DNA from: Trichosphaerium sp. ATCC 40318
Taxonomy: Eukaryota; Protista; Tubulinea
Assembly: GCA_038496445.1 (NCBI GenBank)
Contig: JALMLS010000225.1
Coordinates: 74,510 to 138,509, forward strand
Reading direction: 5' to 3'
Length of the DNA: 64,000 nt
The first letter of the stretch is position 1; each line of letters starts with the position of its first letter. This document shows positions 51,086-62,189 of the stretch, piece after piece. The translations under genes and the position numbers were made by a program. The notes under the pieces were generated by a model, which ran no database searches, was not told the origin of the DNA, and worked only from the letters and a program-made list of their open reading frames with translations.

Positions 51086-51691
51086 ATGTCTGAGGCTGAT
51101 AAAAAACCTAAACTTAAGAAGCGCACCGCGAAGAAGACGTCCACTCCGAAGAAAACTAAATCTAAAGGCAAGCACCAAACTGTAAAGCCGAAGGATGGCA
51201 CTGTAAAGCTTAAGAGCGCCGGTAAAGTACCAACTCCGGTATCACCGAAGGGAGATTCTCTCTCCAGTACCGACTCACCGCGTGACGTGCCATTGCCGTC
51301 TACAGCTCAAGGTGGTGTTGAAGAAAGTCCGAAAGATGGCTTTGATCTTTGTAACCCAAGAACGCCAGAGGGTAGGCCTTTGTACTCTGCTCGGCGTAGA
51401 CAAGAGATCCTAAAAATACTTCCGCACCAAGTAAAGGGGGAAGGCGGAGTTCGTATTGTTGGCGTTGACTGGTCTAACACTGTTCCTCTCGGTAAGAAGG
51501 CTCGGTGTGAGTTGAAACCACTGGTTAATGATGCCGACTTTATTGATTTTTTCCGTTCTGTTCGTAATTTTGTTGAAATCGGTGGTTACGATGCTCGCTC
51601 GTACAACGGTCTTCTCCGCCAACATATTAAAGGCGAGGCCGGGGTAAGATCGTTGAGATCAGTCTCGATCAACCACCACACGTTTTCTTGA
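51086..51691 (+). CDS. gag: Gag N-terminal ORF
   Basis: Basic N-terminus after the PBS; overlaps the next ORF, which is in the -1 frame. Confidence 0.75.
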   Translation: MSEADKKPKLKKRTAKKTSTPKKTKSKGKHQTVKPKDGTVKLKSAGKVPTPVSPKGDSLSSTDSPRDVPLPSTAQGGVEESPKDGFDLCNPRTPEGRPLYSARRRQEILKILPHQVKGEGGVRIVGVDWSNTVPLGKKARCELKPLVNDADFIDFFRSVRNFVEIGGYDARSYNGLLRQHIKGEAGVRSLRSVSINHHTFS

Positions 51692-54600
51692 ACATCCTGC
51701 TCGGTCATTTTAAATCAACCGGCAAGATGATTCGTCTCCGAGATGAGTTAAGGAGATCTAGCATGGAATCATTGGGCTGTTCGGTTCAAGAATGGTGCAA
51801 CCATGTTAAGAAGCAAGGAGAGTTAGTGTCGTTTGAGCCTAGTAATATTCTTGACCTTTTTATTGATGGTCTTAGCTCCGACATCTGCAGTAGAGTTCGC
51901 TTTGAAATGAATAGGGAATCTGCAGTACAGACCCTTGACAATGCTCTACACATCGCGTCTCTTGCTGTTGCTACTCCTCTCAATCCTTTGAAAAGGCCAG
52001 CCCCTACTGTTAATGCTCTTGATCAGCACGGTGGTAAACGTCATAAAGGCAATGGCTCTTCTGGTAATGGTAATGGCGGTTCAGCTTCTAATGCTCATGG
52101 CAATGGTAATTCTCAGCGTGGTAAAGGTAAAAGGAAAACCTGCTTTCGTTGTAGACGCATTGGCCATTCTTCTGTAAAGTGCAAAGCCTTGAAGCATTCC
52201 GATGGCTCCCTGTTGTATGATCACCAGCGTTATGGGGACCTTGCTATGGCATTCCCTAACAGGCGAGATGTTTCTCGTTCTGCTCAACCACCTCCGTATC
52301 ACGACTCTCGTTATCGTGATGTCCATCCTTCTCCAAGAAGAGATGATCGTAGAAGAGGTTACCCAAGGTCTCAGCAACCTCCTCAACCTCCTCCACGTCT
52401 CAACAATGTTGACATGGGTTACTCTCCTCAATACCCTCGTCAATATGACAATTATGTACCTCAGTACCAGAATCGCAATGACGATCTGTACAGAGAAAAT
52501 AAAGATCAATTTGGTTATTATTCTGACTTTATTGATAATGAGTTCTCGCCTCATGTTAAACCCTCAGAAGGTAAAGCAGGACCTTCACATGTTAACCTTC
52601 TCTGGAGTGACCTTTCAAACACCGTGATGGAGCTAGACCAACCTGATGTGCCAACTCATTCTTATAATGTGGCTAAGGCAAAGGTTAAAGTCAGGTCTAA
52701 GCATGTTCTTGCCTTGTTAGATTCCGGTGCTAGTATTAGTATTGTGAGTTCTAAGTTGATAGGTGACATGCACTTACATTCTAAAGTAAGAAAGACTAAG
52801 CTACCACCCATTCTTACTGCGGATAACCACGCTATGACAGCTGTTGGTTTGGCCAGTATACCTGTCACTATTGGTACTCAAACGTATGAAGTTGAGTGTC
52901 ATGTGATTAATAATTTCAAATACGAATTATTATTGGGTATGAATGTGTTTATTGAACAAGGTTTAGTGATGGATTTCAATAAGAAATGCCTTCGCAACAG
53001 TATTAAAGAGGAAGTGCCTCTTAGTACCACTCGGAGAAAGGTATATAAAAGTGATTGCACTACCGTGATTACTGGTAACCGTGTCATCATCCCCAAGCGA
53101 TCTCAAGTAACGTTCTTTGCCAAACTAGCTACACCTCTCAAAGGTAAGCAAGGTATTGTTTCGGCTCTAGAGGTTTTAGCAGTGGATGGTAGAACTCAAC
53201 TCTATGAGGACACCGGTGTACAGTTAGCTGCTTCCATTAGCCAGGTTATCAAAAGTATGGTACCTGTTCGTGTTATGAATGCATCCAATCGTGATGTAGC
53301 TATACCTAGAGGTTATAAATTAGCTCAGTTCAAGAGCATTGAAGAAACCAATGAAGTCCTATCCATGGACATTGATTATGCAAAAGAGCTAGTCGATTTA
53401 CGTTCTCAGAAGGTTAGTGAGGAAAAGATCCGAAAAGCTAAACAGTCTTTCAATCTTGATCACTCTGACATCACTCCTGAACAAAAGGAAGAGACGTATC
53501 GTTTATTAGCTATGTACATGGACGTAGCTGCAGAGAAACTCGTACAACCAGGTCAAGTGAGAGGTGCTCAACACTTCATACACACTCCTCCTGGTCAACA
53601 ACCAATCAACATCCCTTACCGACCCATGAATCCAGCTCAAGCTAAGATTCTTAAGGATGAGGTTCGAAAGATGCTTGAAGATGGTGTTATTAGAGAGTCT
53701 AAATCCTCTTGGAGTTCTCCTGTAGTTATGGTTCGTAAAAAGTCTGGTGGTTGGAGGTTCTGTATTGATTTCCGTGAGTTGAACAAAGTAACTGACAAGG
53801 ATGTTCACCCTCTACCACGTGTTCGCGATTTACTGGACGCACTTAGTAGGGCTAAATACTTCAGCTCTTTTGACGCTGTTAGTGGTTATTGGCAAATACC
53901 TATGGCTCCAGAACATCGTGAAAAGACTGCTTTTGCAACTCGTTGGGGACTGTTTGAATTTATGGGTATGCCATTTGGTTTAAAAAATGCGCAAGCAACC
54001 TTTCAGCGGCATATGAATTTGATGCTCTCAGGTCTACTCTGGCAGACGTGCTTGTGTTATGTAGACGACATCATTATCTTTAGTCGAAGCTTTGAGGAAC
54101 ATTTAGTTCACTTGAGACTTGTTTTAGAGAGGTTGCGTGCTTACAACATTAAAATCAAACCCAGTAAATCTGTACTCTTCAGAGAAAGCATTGAATTTCT
54201 CGGCCACGTAGTCACCGCTGAGGGTGTTGCTACAAATCCACGCATTATTAAAGCTATAGTGGAATCCAGACCTCCTGAGAATGTCAAAGAGGTGGAGACA
54301 TTCCTTGGGATCACGGGCTACTATCGTAGATTTGTCGCGAACTACGCTAGAATAGCAGCTCCGTTGAATGACCTGAAAAAGAAGGACAAGGTCTGGTGCT
54401 GGTCTAAAGAATGTCAAGAAGCGTTCGAATTACTTCAACGGGCTCTCATCACGCCCCCTATACTGCAACATCCAGACTTCAACTTACCATTTGAGATCCA
54501 TGTTGATGCTTCTGGTCGCGCTTGTGGCAGTGCTCTTGTGCAACGAGTGAAAGGGAAGCAGCACGTCATAGCCTATCATAGCTATACCTTCTCTGACACC

Positions 54601-56718
54601 CAACGACGCTATTCTACAATTGACAGAGAATGTTTGGGTATTGTGATGGCGCTGAGAGAGTTCAAGGGTTATATCTCTTTTTCTCAATTTAAACTCATTG
54701 TCTATTCCGATCACAAACCTCTCAAATATTTAAATTCTCTCAAGAATCCTAAAGATGTAGTAGCACGTTGGTTAATGGAAGTACAACAGTACGACTTTAA
54801 CGTTGTATACAAGAAAGGTGTCAATCACACCGACGCCGATGCTTTGTCTAGAAAACCAATTGCCAAAATTTGCAATTTGGTTACTAAACACAAACCAGTA
54901 TATAACTGGGCTCACCTGCAAAGGCAAGATCCTAACCTCACAGTATTCATTGAATATCTGGAAGGAGGACGGATCCCTACGCATCTCAGGCGTAGACATG
55001 GTTTCAAAGAAGAAACTTTTATTACCAATGCGAGACAGCTCACCATTGACGCTAACACTGGCATGTTATACCATGTTAAGAAAGTTGTTGATGCAGCGGA
55101 TCCAAATGGTAGTAACCTGATCTTTCAAATAGTAGTACCCCATGCCATGCGAAGTGTTGTGCTTAGACAGTGTCATGACATGCCTTTCTCAGGGCATTTT
55201 GGCTTTATTAAAACCTATGAGCGATTAGCTGAAAGGTTTTATTGGCCTCATATGTACGCTGATACTCGTGAATGGTGCCGCTCGTGTTACACCTGTCAGC
55301 GAAATAAAAAAGCACGTTTACCAAAAGGAGGTTTTGCTGTACCGTTTGCCGTACTTGAGCCACTCCAGGTAATCGCAATGGATTTGGTAGGGCCGTTACC
55401 TGAAACACCGAAAGGGAATAAATACCTTCTGGTGCTCACAGATCACTTTACAAAGTGGGTTGAGGCATTTGCAATTACAAGTAAAGATCCCTCTGAGGTC
55501 TCCTACAAATTTGTAACTGAATTCTGCTTTCGTTACGGTATTCCTAAACAGGTATTGACTGATCAAGGGGGTGAGTTTGTCTCCGAGTTCTCAAACAAAG
55601 TCTACAACACACTGCACATTGACAAAAGGCAAACTACCGCCTACCATCCTCAGACTGATGGTCAAACTGAACGATTCAATCACACTTTGATTGAGGTTAT
55701 CAGAGCGTTTGTTAATGAGCAACAAAGTGATTGGGACTATTGGTTACCTTATGCGCTCTTTGCATATAGGACCGCTTACCATCATGCGACTCAGCATACA
55801 CCCTATCAGTTGGTGTTCGGTAGAAAGCCTATACTCCCCATCGACTTGGTCTCAGATGATATCAGAGTTTCAATGCCTGATAAATACAAGATCGGTGATT
55901 GGGCAGATAGGTTAGCTCATCGCTTGAAATACGCTTACCAATTGGCTAAAGCAAATATACTCAAGGCGAAACGTGAGCAAGCGAGATACTATAACAAGCA
56001 TCGTCGCGCAGTTCAATATAAACCAGGTCAACTTGTCTGGTTATGGGTTCCAGCCCTCAAAAAAGATCAAAAAAGCAAACTTACTATGAAGTGGCACGGC
56101 CCTTATAGTATTTTGCAACAAACAGGTCCTAACAATTTCATGTTAGATTTACCAGCTGACAGTCAAATGTCACGTGTGGTTAATGTTGACCGACTCAAGC
56201 CGTTTATTGATTCTTACCTAAGACCACTTGGTCAAGTTAGTCGTACTATGGCTAGAGATGCTTATTTGAAACGTAGTGTGGTCACTCCTCCTATTTCTGA
56301 TGGGGATAAGAGTGACAATTATGTTGAAAATGAAAAAGCACTCCCGGATTTACCGCCAGTAGATGAGTTCTCTACCAAGCTTAAAAGCATCAAGGCGCAG
56401 GGAGCTAGACATATTCAAAAAGTACATAACTCACGTAAACATAGACGTGCTCCTCGAGTCGAGATCCTTAGAGATCTATTGAGGGATTTACTGTCTTCCT
56501 CTTCTAAATTTGACAGAAAAACGCTTGACAAACAACTCAAGTGGCTCATCGGTAGAGGTTCCCTCTACATTCGTAGTAATACACTTCAACAGCGTTTACT
56601 CACGGAGATGAAAGCTTGTCCAAGCGCTGACTCGTTACGTGAATGGTTGACTGTTCTGATCAAGCAGTTTCCTACCCGTTTAGCTAGCGAGGTTAACCTT
56701 TGCCTTATCGAGTTTTAG
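51688..56718 (+). CDS. pol: Gag C-terminus fused to Pol (protease, RT, RNase H, integrase)
   Basis: Zinc knuckle CFRCRRIGHSSVKC, LLDSGAS, YVDD, VDASG, HHCC, DLVGP/TDQG/ERFN and WHGPY. Confidence 0.96.
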   Translation: MNILLGHFKSTGKMIRLRDELRRSSMESLGCSVQEWCNHVKKQGELVSFEPSNILDLFIDGLSSDICSRVRFEMNRESAVQTLDNALHIASLAVATPLNPLKRPAPTVNALDQHGGKRHKGNGSSGNGNGGSASNAHGNGNSQRGKGKRKTCFRCRRIGHSSVKCKALKHSDGSLLYDHQRYGDLAMAFPNRRDVSRSAQPPPYHDSRYRDVHPSPRRDDRRRGYPRSQQPPQPPPRLNNVDMGYSPQYPRQYDNYVPQYQNRNDDLYRENKDQFGYYSDFIDNEFSPHVKPSEGKAGPSHVNLLWSDLSNTVMELDQPDVPTHSYNVAKAKVKVRSKHVLALLDSGASISIVSSKLIGDMHLHSKVRKTKLPPILTADNHAMTAVGLASIPVTIGTQTYEVECHVINNFKYELLLGMNVFIEQGLVMDFNKKCLRNSIKEEVPLSTTRRKVYKSDCTTVITGNRVIIPKRSQVTFFAKLATPLKGKQGIVSALEVLAVDGRTQLYEDTGVQLAASISQVIKSMVPVRVMNASNRDVAIPRGYKLAQFKSIEETNEVLSMDIDYAKELVDLRSQKVSEEKIRKAKQSFNLDHSDITPEQKEETYRLLAMYMDVAAEKLVQPGQVRGAQHFIHTPPGQQPINIPYRPMNPAQAKILKDEVRKMLEDGVIRESKSSWSSPVVMVRKKSGGWRFCIDFRELNKVTDKDVHPLPRVRDLLDALSRAKYFSSFDAVSGYWQIPMAPEHREKTAFATRWGLFEFMGMPFGLKNAQATFQRHMNLMLSGLLWQTCLCYVDDIIIFSRSFEEHLVHLRLVLERLRAYNIKIKPSKSVLFRESIEFLGHVVTAEGVATNPRIIKAIVESRPPENVKEVETFLGITGYYRRFVANYARIAAPLNDLKKKDKVWCWSKECQEAFELLQRALITPPILQHPDFNLPFEIHVDASGRACGSALVQRVKGKQHVIAYHSYTFSDTQRRYSTIDRECLGIVMALREFKGYISFSQFKLIVYSDHKPLKYLNSLKNPKDVVARWLMEVQQYDFNVVYKKGVNHTDADALSRKPIAKICNLVTKHKPVYNWAHLQRQDPNLTVFIEYLEGGRIPTHLRRRHGFKEETFITNARQLTIDANTGMLYHVKKVVDAADPNGSNLIFQIVVPHAMRSVVLRQCHDMPFSGHFGFIKTYERLAERFYWPHMYADTREWCRSCYTCQRNKKARLPKGGFAVPFAVLEPLQVIAMDLVGPLPETPKGNKYLLVLTDHFTKWVEAFAITSKDPSEVSYKFVTEFCFRYGIPKQVLTDQGGEFVSEFSNKVYNTLHIDKRQTTAYHPQTDGQTERFNHTLIEVIRAFVNEQQSDWDYWLPYALFAYRTAYHHATQHTPYQLVFGRKPILPIDLVSDDIRVSMPDKYKIGDWADRLAHRLKYAYQLAKANILKAKREQARYYNKHRRAVQYKPGQLVWLWVPALKKDQKSKLTMKWHGPYSILQQTGPNNFMLDLPADSQMSRVVNVDRLKPFIDSYLRPLGQVSRTMARDAYLKRSVVTPPISDGDKSDNYVENEKALPDLPPVDEFSTKLKSIKAQGARHIQKVHNSRKHRRAPRVEILRDLLRDLLSSSSKFDRKTLDKQLKWLIGRGSLYIRSNTLQQRLLTEMKACPSADSLREWLTVLIKQFPTRLASEVNLCLIEF

Positions 56719-56952
56719 TTGTTCTCCTTTTGGAGTCGTACTACTGTTGGTGTTTATTAAGAATAACTGTTGGTTTTTGATTTTTATTATTGGCTGTTCG
56801 TTGCTGTACAGGAAGTTCTTGGTCTCAACGAAGAAGACAGAGGAGTTGCAACAAGATCACAAATCGTCCCCCTTAGGCGTTGACCAAGGTTCGAAGGTTG
56901 TTGGGTTTCCTGTGATGTTGCAAGATGATTAGCGATACGGAGTATCTTTATT

Positions 56953-56964
56953 AAATGAGGGAGA
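56953..56964 (+). promoter_or_regulatory. Polypurine tract
   Basis: AAATGAGGGAGA two bases before the 3' LTR. Confidence 0.7.
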
Positions 56965-56966
56965 TT

Positions 56967-57107
56967 TGTAAGAACGTAATTTAACCTATCTCCGTAATCT
57001 CGGAGATTGGTTCCCTTGTATCTTATATCACCCGGAGATCACTATCTCACGGGAATAAACAAGTTAACAGCTCCTCTCTCGTACTCTTTGGATATAAACC
57101 TCCCACA
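56967..57107 (+). repeat. 3' LTR, 141 bp
   Basis: Identical to 50842-50982. Confidence 0.96.
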
Positions 57108-57763
57108 GTTTTAACATCACTGTAAGGTTTTTGAATAAAATTCAACCAGTCTGGGAGATTATGGAACAGTACCGCAATTCTGGATGTTCACTGTGAAGAA
57201 ATGTTTAGATTTTGATACTTCCTGAAGAAAAGAAAAGCTCTTCTGTCCACAAGTAGTACGAAATCAAAATACGTAGTTCTGGTACTTTAATTCTTCAATT
57301 ATCACGTGCGTTATACCTATAATGAAAGTGTTGCTTTCTAAGTCTACAAAGTTGCGTTTGTACTACCCAACCTTTCAAGTAGTTTGTTTGAACATAGCGT
57401 AGATGTTGCTAGTTAAATCAAAGGCGTCAACCGGATAAGGTACTACTTTATGATTAAAAAATAATCTCCCAATGGAATATCAGTTAATCTTTTTTATATA
57501 TTCATCAACTTCAAACCTGAGCTATAAACTAGTGACACGGTCATTTTCTCCATATCCTATCATCCCCTTCATGATGTGACACTACGTTGATTGGTTTTGA
57601 CTTCGATAATTTTTCTTCTGTAACTTTTGTTCGGACTTTGACCTGTTAAAATAAACACGCACAACGAACCGATACGCGCAACGTTAAAAATAGCGCCACT
57701 TTACAAGGAGTATATCTTACTTGCACCATTCAATACAACTATAGTATCATTCCAGAGCCAACA

Positions 57764-59032
57764 ATGCTAGCAAAACGTTACAAAGAAGTCTCAAGCAACA
57801 CCAATATCGATACGAAGCTATTAGACATACCAACGGAGATCATCGCTCATTTGCTCGCGTTTTTGAGCCGTTGTTATCGATTTGCAGTTTCCCAGAGCTG
57901 TAAACGACTATGTGACATTATAAGGCATCACGTTGGCTACGAAACAATCACTATTCTGAAAGATGAAGTGACTTTGAGTTGTTCATATCTTCGTGACAGT
58001 CCACTACTAAAAAATACACAAATAACTGTATGGAACCCAACAGACTCAGATCTTAGTATGCTTTCAGGTGTTCGAGACCTTAGCATTAAAAAGGGTACCT
58101 TGGTAACAGACACCGGATTGAACTCTATTTGTGGTGTACGCTCTTTACTCATAGAGAGTTCTGAAAGTGTCACAGACGCAGGGTTAGTGCCACTAGTGGG
58201 ATATTTTAAGTCCATTTTTTTGTACAGGCTCACAAACATTACCTCGGACGCTTTGAAAGCACTTGCTGGGATCCCGATTATAAGTATTCCGTACTCTCCC
58301 TTAGTTACAGATGACGTCTTAGTTGCATTAGCGGGAGTACACACAATAGTTTTAGCTGGTTGTGAGTGTATTACGGACGTAGGTATTTCTGCTTTGGCTG
58401 GTGTTCATTCCATAAAGTTGTGTGATACGCAGGTGACAGATAAAGGTGTCTCAGCTTTGGTTGGTGTACATACAATCAATTTATACGAGTGTGAGGGTAT
58501 CACTGTAGAGTCTATGAAGTACCTTACGGGTGTACATACTATCACCCTATCTAAAACAAAGGCAACAGATGATTGGATTAAACATCTGTCTGGTGTACAC
58601 ACTATCCATCTTCGTTGTTGTGATATCACTGGAACGTGTTTCAAATACCTATCTAGTGCGCATGAAGTTGATCTATCATACTGTAATAATATCAACGGAG
58701 ATCACGTGAAATACCTCGCAGGTGTACATACTATCAACCTATCTCGAACAAATGCAACAGATGATTGGCTTAAACATCTGTCTGGCGTGCACACTATCAA
58801 TCTACAAGCATGTTCAGGTATCACCAGCGAGGGTATGAAATACCTTTCAAAAGCGCACACTATCAACTTAATAATCGATAATGTAATATCAAGCGATTGG
58901 CTCACCCATCTCTCCAGCGTTAAGGAGATATATTTGCTCAGCACTGAAACTATGCTCGAGTATCTGAAAACACTAAAAGGTTACAGAATAGATGAATTTT
59001 ATTCAATTCTAAAAATAGATAAAATTATGTGA
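57764..59032 (+). CDS. F-box/leucine-rich repeat protein, intronless
   Basis: LLDIPTEIIAHLLAFL F-box; tandem LxGVHTIxL repeats. Confidence 0.9.
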   Translation: MLAKRYKEVSSNTNIDTKLLDIPTEIIAHLLAFLSRCYRFAVSQSCKRLCDIIRHHVGYETITILKDEVTLSCSYLRDSPLLKNTQITVWNPTDSDLSMLSGVRDLSIKKGTLVTDTGLNSICGVRSLLIESSESVTDAGLVPLVGYFKSIFLYRLTNITSDALKALAGIPIISIPYSPLVTDDVLVALAGVHTIVLAGCECITDVGISALAGVHSIKLCDTQVTDKGVSALVGVHTINLYECEGITVESMKYLTGVHTITLSKTKATDDWIKHLSGVHTIHLRCCDITGTCFKYLSSAHEVDLSYCNNINGDHVKYLAGVHTINLSRTNATDDWLKHLSGVHTINLQACSGITSEGMKYLSKAHTINLIIDNVISSDWLTHLSSVKEIYLLSTETMLEYLKTLKGYRIDEFYSILKIDKIM

Positions 59033-59379
59033 GCGAAGGTCGGATTCTTGTCCGAGCAAGCAACAGGCGCGACCAACAGAGAACAGCGCTACATCCGCTG
59101 TTCTATCTTACATATTTCTAACAAAAGAGAATATATTTTGTACATAGTCCCGCAGAAATGTGTTACTAAATAAATTCGTAACAATTCTATCTTTGGTAAA
59201 TGACCTACAGTAACAACAAAAACGCGTGTAAACACATGGAAAAGTATCAAGACTTTGAATTTGTTTAAGTAAAAAACCTGGCTTAGTTTTTTGTAGAACA
59301 TTGTGCACGTGCAGCAATTGTATGTCCAATCCGGTTTAATTAGATATTTTTATTTTGTCTTTTTTGCAATAGAGTGATT

Positions 59380-61789
59380 TTACTCTACTTTGACACCGTG
59401 ACTGTGGCTATTGCCATGGTGTTCTGTATAAGCTTCGCGCCATGCATTACCATAGGTCTCAAGAGATGAGTGAACATCAGCAAATGCACGCCAAAGTGGT
59501 TTTACCTAAGAGTATTTGAGTTGGTGGGTTTTTTGGAATAATTTTAAATCCAAAGGACAGCAAGGCTGTTCGTCTGGGTGTTCGGTTTTTTATGTTTATA
59601 CCGTACCTGTATCTTTATACCATGTTTTGCGTATAGATTCTTTACACGTTCATGTATTTTAGGCAAGCTATGACGAGGCATTGTAGGGAAAAGATGATGT
59701 TCAATTTGGTAGTTCAAATGACCTGTGAACCAATCATTGAATAATCCACCTTCAATATCACATGTAGCATCAACCTAAATTCGAATACAATAAGCACTCG
59801 TACGCAATAAAATAGAAGGGCAAGAAGTGAAAAAATATGCTACTAATCATAGCACGAATGGAGGAAAAAAAGGTTGAAAAAACAATGACGAGGAACGTTT
59901 TGTTTACCTGAATTTGAGGCCAATTCTTTTGTGTATCGAATCTGATGGAATCACCCATTACAATATGACTCATTTGAGTAACCCAAACGAACCAATGACT
60001 CTCAAGTAATCGTACAAACATGTACATCTGGCAAGATCCTAACGAAAAAGTTAAATTAAAAAAAAAGGTTTGGATTAGGCCGTACCCCAAAAACCAATGT
60101 AAGGTGCTGTGAACCAAGTTATGCGTGACATACCGAATAAAACGATTGCAATCTCAAAAAATAGTCCCTTGTTGAGAACTAGGAGTAACGGTAAGCGAGG
60201 TATAACATCAATTGTGCAAAGTTAAAAGAAAAAGAGAAAAAAAAGAAGTTGCCAACAAATCTTTAATTGACGTACGGAAGGACCAGATTTCAATGTGGAA
60301 GTAAACAGGGAGCAATAGTGGAGGTCCAATCAAATGCCAGTAGTATTGTTGGTAGTTGTATGGTAGAAAACCTTTGTCTATTGGCAAGGAGGGTTAGAAT
60401 TCAATATTTTAAAAGAAAAGGTTCTTCGTACCTTTTTTAGCCCAAAGCTTGGACACTTGATCACCCAATACGAAAAAATGTGTCATTTTGATATCAGCAT
60501 CTTTATTAACAACGTTTGGTTTAGCATGGTGATTAAAATGGCGCCAATTCCACCTGTTTGATCCAAGTTAGAAAATAAAATAAAATGCACGTAAAAAAAA
60601 ACAACAAAGGATCTTACCATGTTGGAGAAGCAGACTTGAGTATTGTCATAACAAACCAATGCATATAATGATTCATTTTAGATCCATTGAATACAGAGAG
60701 ATGTCCGTAATCATGTTGTGTCCAACCAGCTTGTGCCTAACAACAAGAAACGTAAGTGTTCGTAATTGACGAAAACGAACAAACCCAAAAAAAAAGAAAT
60801 TATTAACGGTGGTTCTTAGATCTGATCAAATGTGAAAATTAAAGTTTTGAGCCATTTGATAACCACACTAATGGTCTTCGCCACGAAATAATCTGAGAAA
60901 GAAAAATGGGCTGTTGAGGAGGTGTTTTTTTTCATTAATTGGGATTTTTATGTACCTGAGCTGTAGCGAGCAGGATAGAACTGCAAAGAAAGCTAGTCCA
61001 ACTGACACCAAAAAAATAAAACACAGAATAAGCAGCAGCCTCAAGAAGGATAATATGCAAGAGGTGTAATACGTAAAAAATCTAAACAGATTGTTAACCG
61101 CAAAAACCTCAAATCAAAAAAAGAAAATGAAGCCATCTTTTAGGAAAAGGTATTTCATAGAATACCAACTATAGTTTAATAGTTTATCGTACCGGCTCAG
61201 GCTTGAATAAACCTTCCTTTATAGCCTCAGCACGTAGTTTTCTGAAGTCTTGGACGAGAGGTGGTGTAGGTGGTGCTGTTGATTTATCCAAGGTTCCTAT
61301 AAGCTTATTTAGACGTATGCAAGCGTGGATTCTATGTCACAATGTCTGCAAACGAATTGGGTTTTTTCGTGTTTAGTGAAAATTTGACTTGGTTCATAGG
61401 GTAAATTGTGTTGCTTACCTTTGCATGGGAGCTCTGCAAGGAACTTATTGAAATTAGTCTTGTCTTTTGGGTGTAGAGCAGTAACGACATCAGAAGCATC
61501 TTCGCCTAGCAAAAACTGAGTGCTCAGAACAATATAACGCCCAAAATTTATAAATTACAACTCGTAAAAGTGCAAAAAAACCCCAGTGCACCAAAACACG
61601 TACCTGCGTATCCCAACACTACGCTTTTACCACCAGGATGGGTTCTTGACCATTGCGTAACATCGTAAACTTTTCCATACACAGCAATCCTTAAAACCTT
61701 AAAAAACAGTATCTAACGGTTACGTACCATGCGTCATCACGCTTGTTGTGCTGTTTGAGCACATCGAAACTTACAGTTGTTTCCATCAT
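59380..61789 (-). CDS. Front-end (delta-5/delta-6) fatty acid desaturase with cytochrome b5 domain, multi-exon
   Basis: [29 protein letters not shown] and QIEHHLFP. Confidence 0.92.
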
Positions 61790-62189
61790 GATGTACTAAC
61801 ACTCAGGAACCACTAACTTATTATCAAAGTTGGGAAATACGCTCAACCTCACTGCTTCGGTTTCCGAGTAACAAAGTCAACTAATTTCACTTTACAAACT
61901 GTTCTCCATCTTATTACACCTGAGTATGCGCTAAGAAAACGTAACGCAAAGCTACAGGCTGCACTGTCTGTATTTGTCAACGGCCGTTTGAGCCTCAATT
62001 CGCCTAATACGTACTGTATACATCTTGTGTGTTCGATACGAGCAGAAAATCAAAAAAGTAACCTTCTTTACAACACAGTTGCTTTTTTTGTACATGGACG
62101 GTTTTATTATAAACCACAGAACCAACGCTGTTTTACAACTAATTGTTTTGGAAAACAAGTAGACGGGAGGTAAGAAAAAATGAAAAAAA

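Larger units (their letters stand above)
50842..57107 (+). mobile_element. Full-length Ty3/Gypsy LTR retrotransposon
   Basis: Identical TG...CA LTRs, TSD GTTT (50838-50841 and 57108-57111), PBS, PPT and gag-PR-RT-RH-IN order. Confidence 0.97.
49474..57117 (-). pseudogene. F-box/LRR gene disrupted by the LTR retrotransposon
   Basis: Removing the element and one GTTT copy restores ATG TTA AAA CGA CCA (MLKRPLLKHEPLFSKLIADVLFLILSFL) in frame with ORF 49474-50775; ATG at 57117. Confidence 0.88.

Noticed and set aside
51644-51662. Intron correcting the gag frameshift using donor GTAAGA
   Set aside because: The only nearby frame-restoring acceptor gives a 14-nt intron, too short.
53060-53340. dUTPase-like segment between protease and RT
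   Set aside because: Catalytic dUTPase motifs are absent and similar spacers are common in Gypsy elements.
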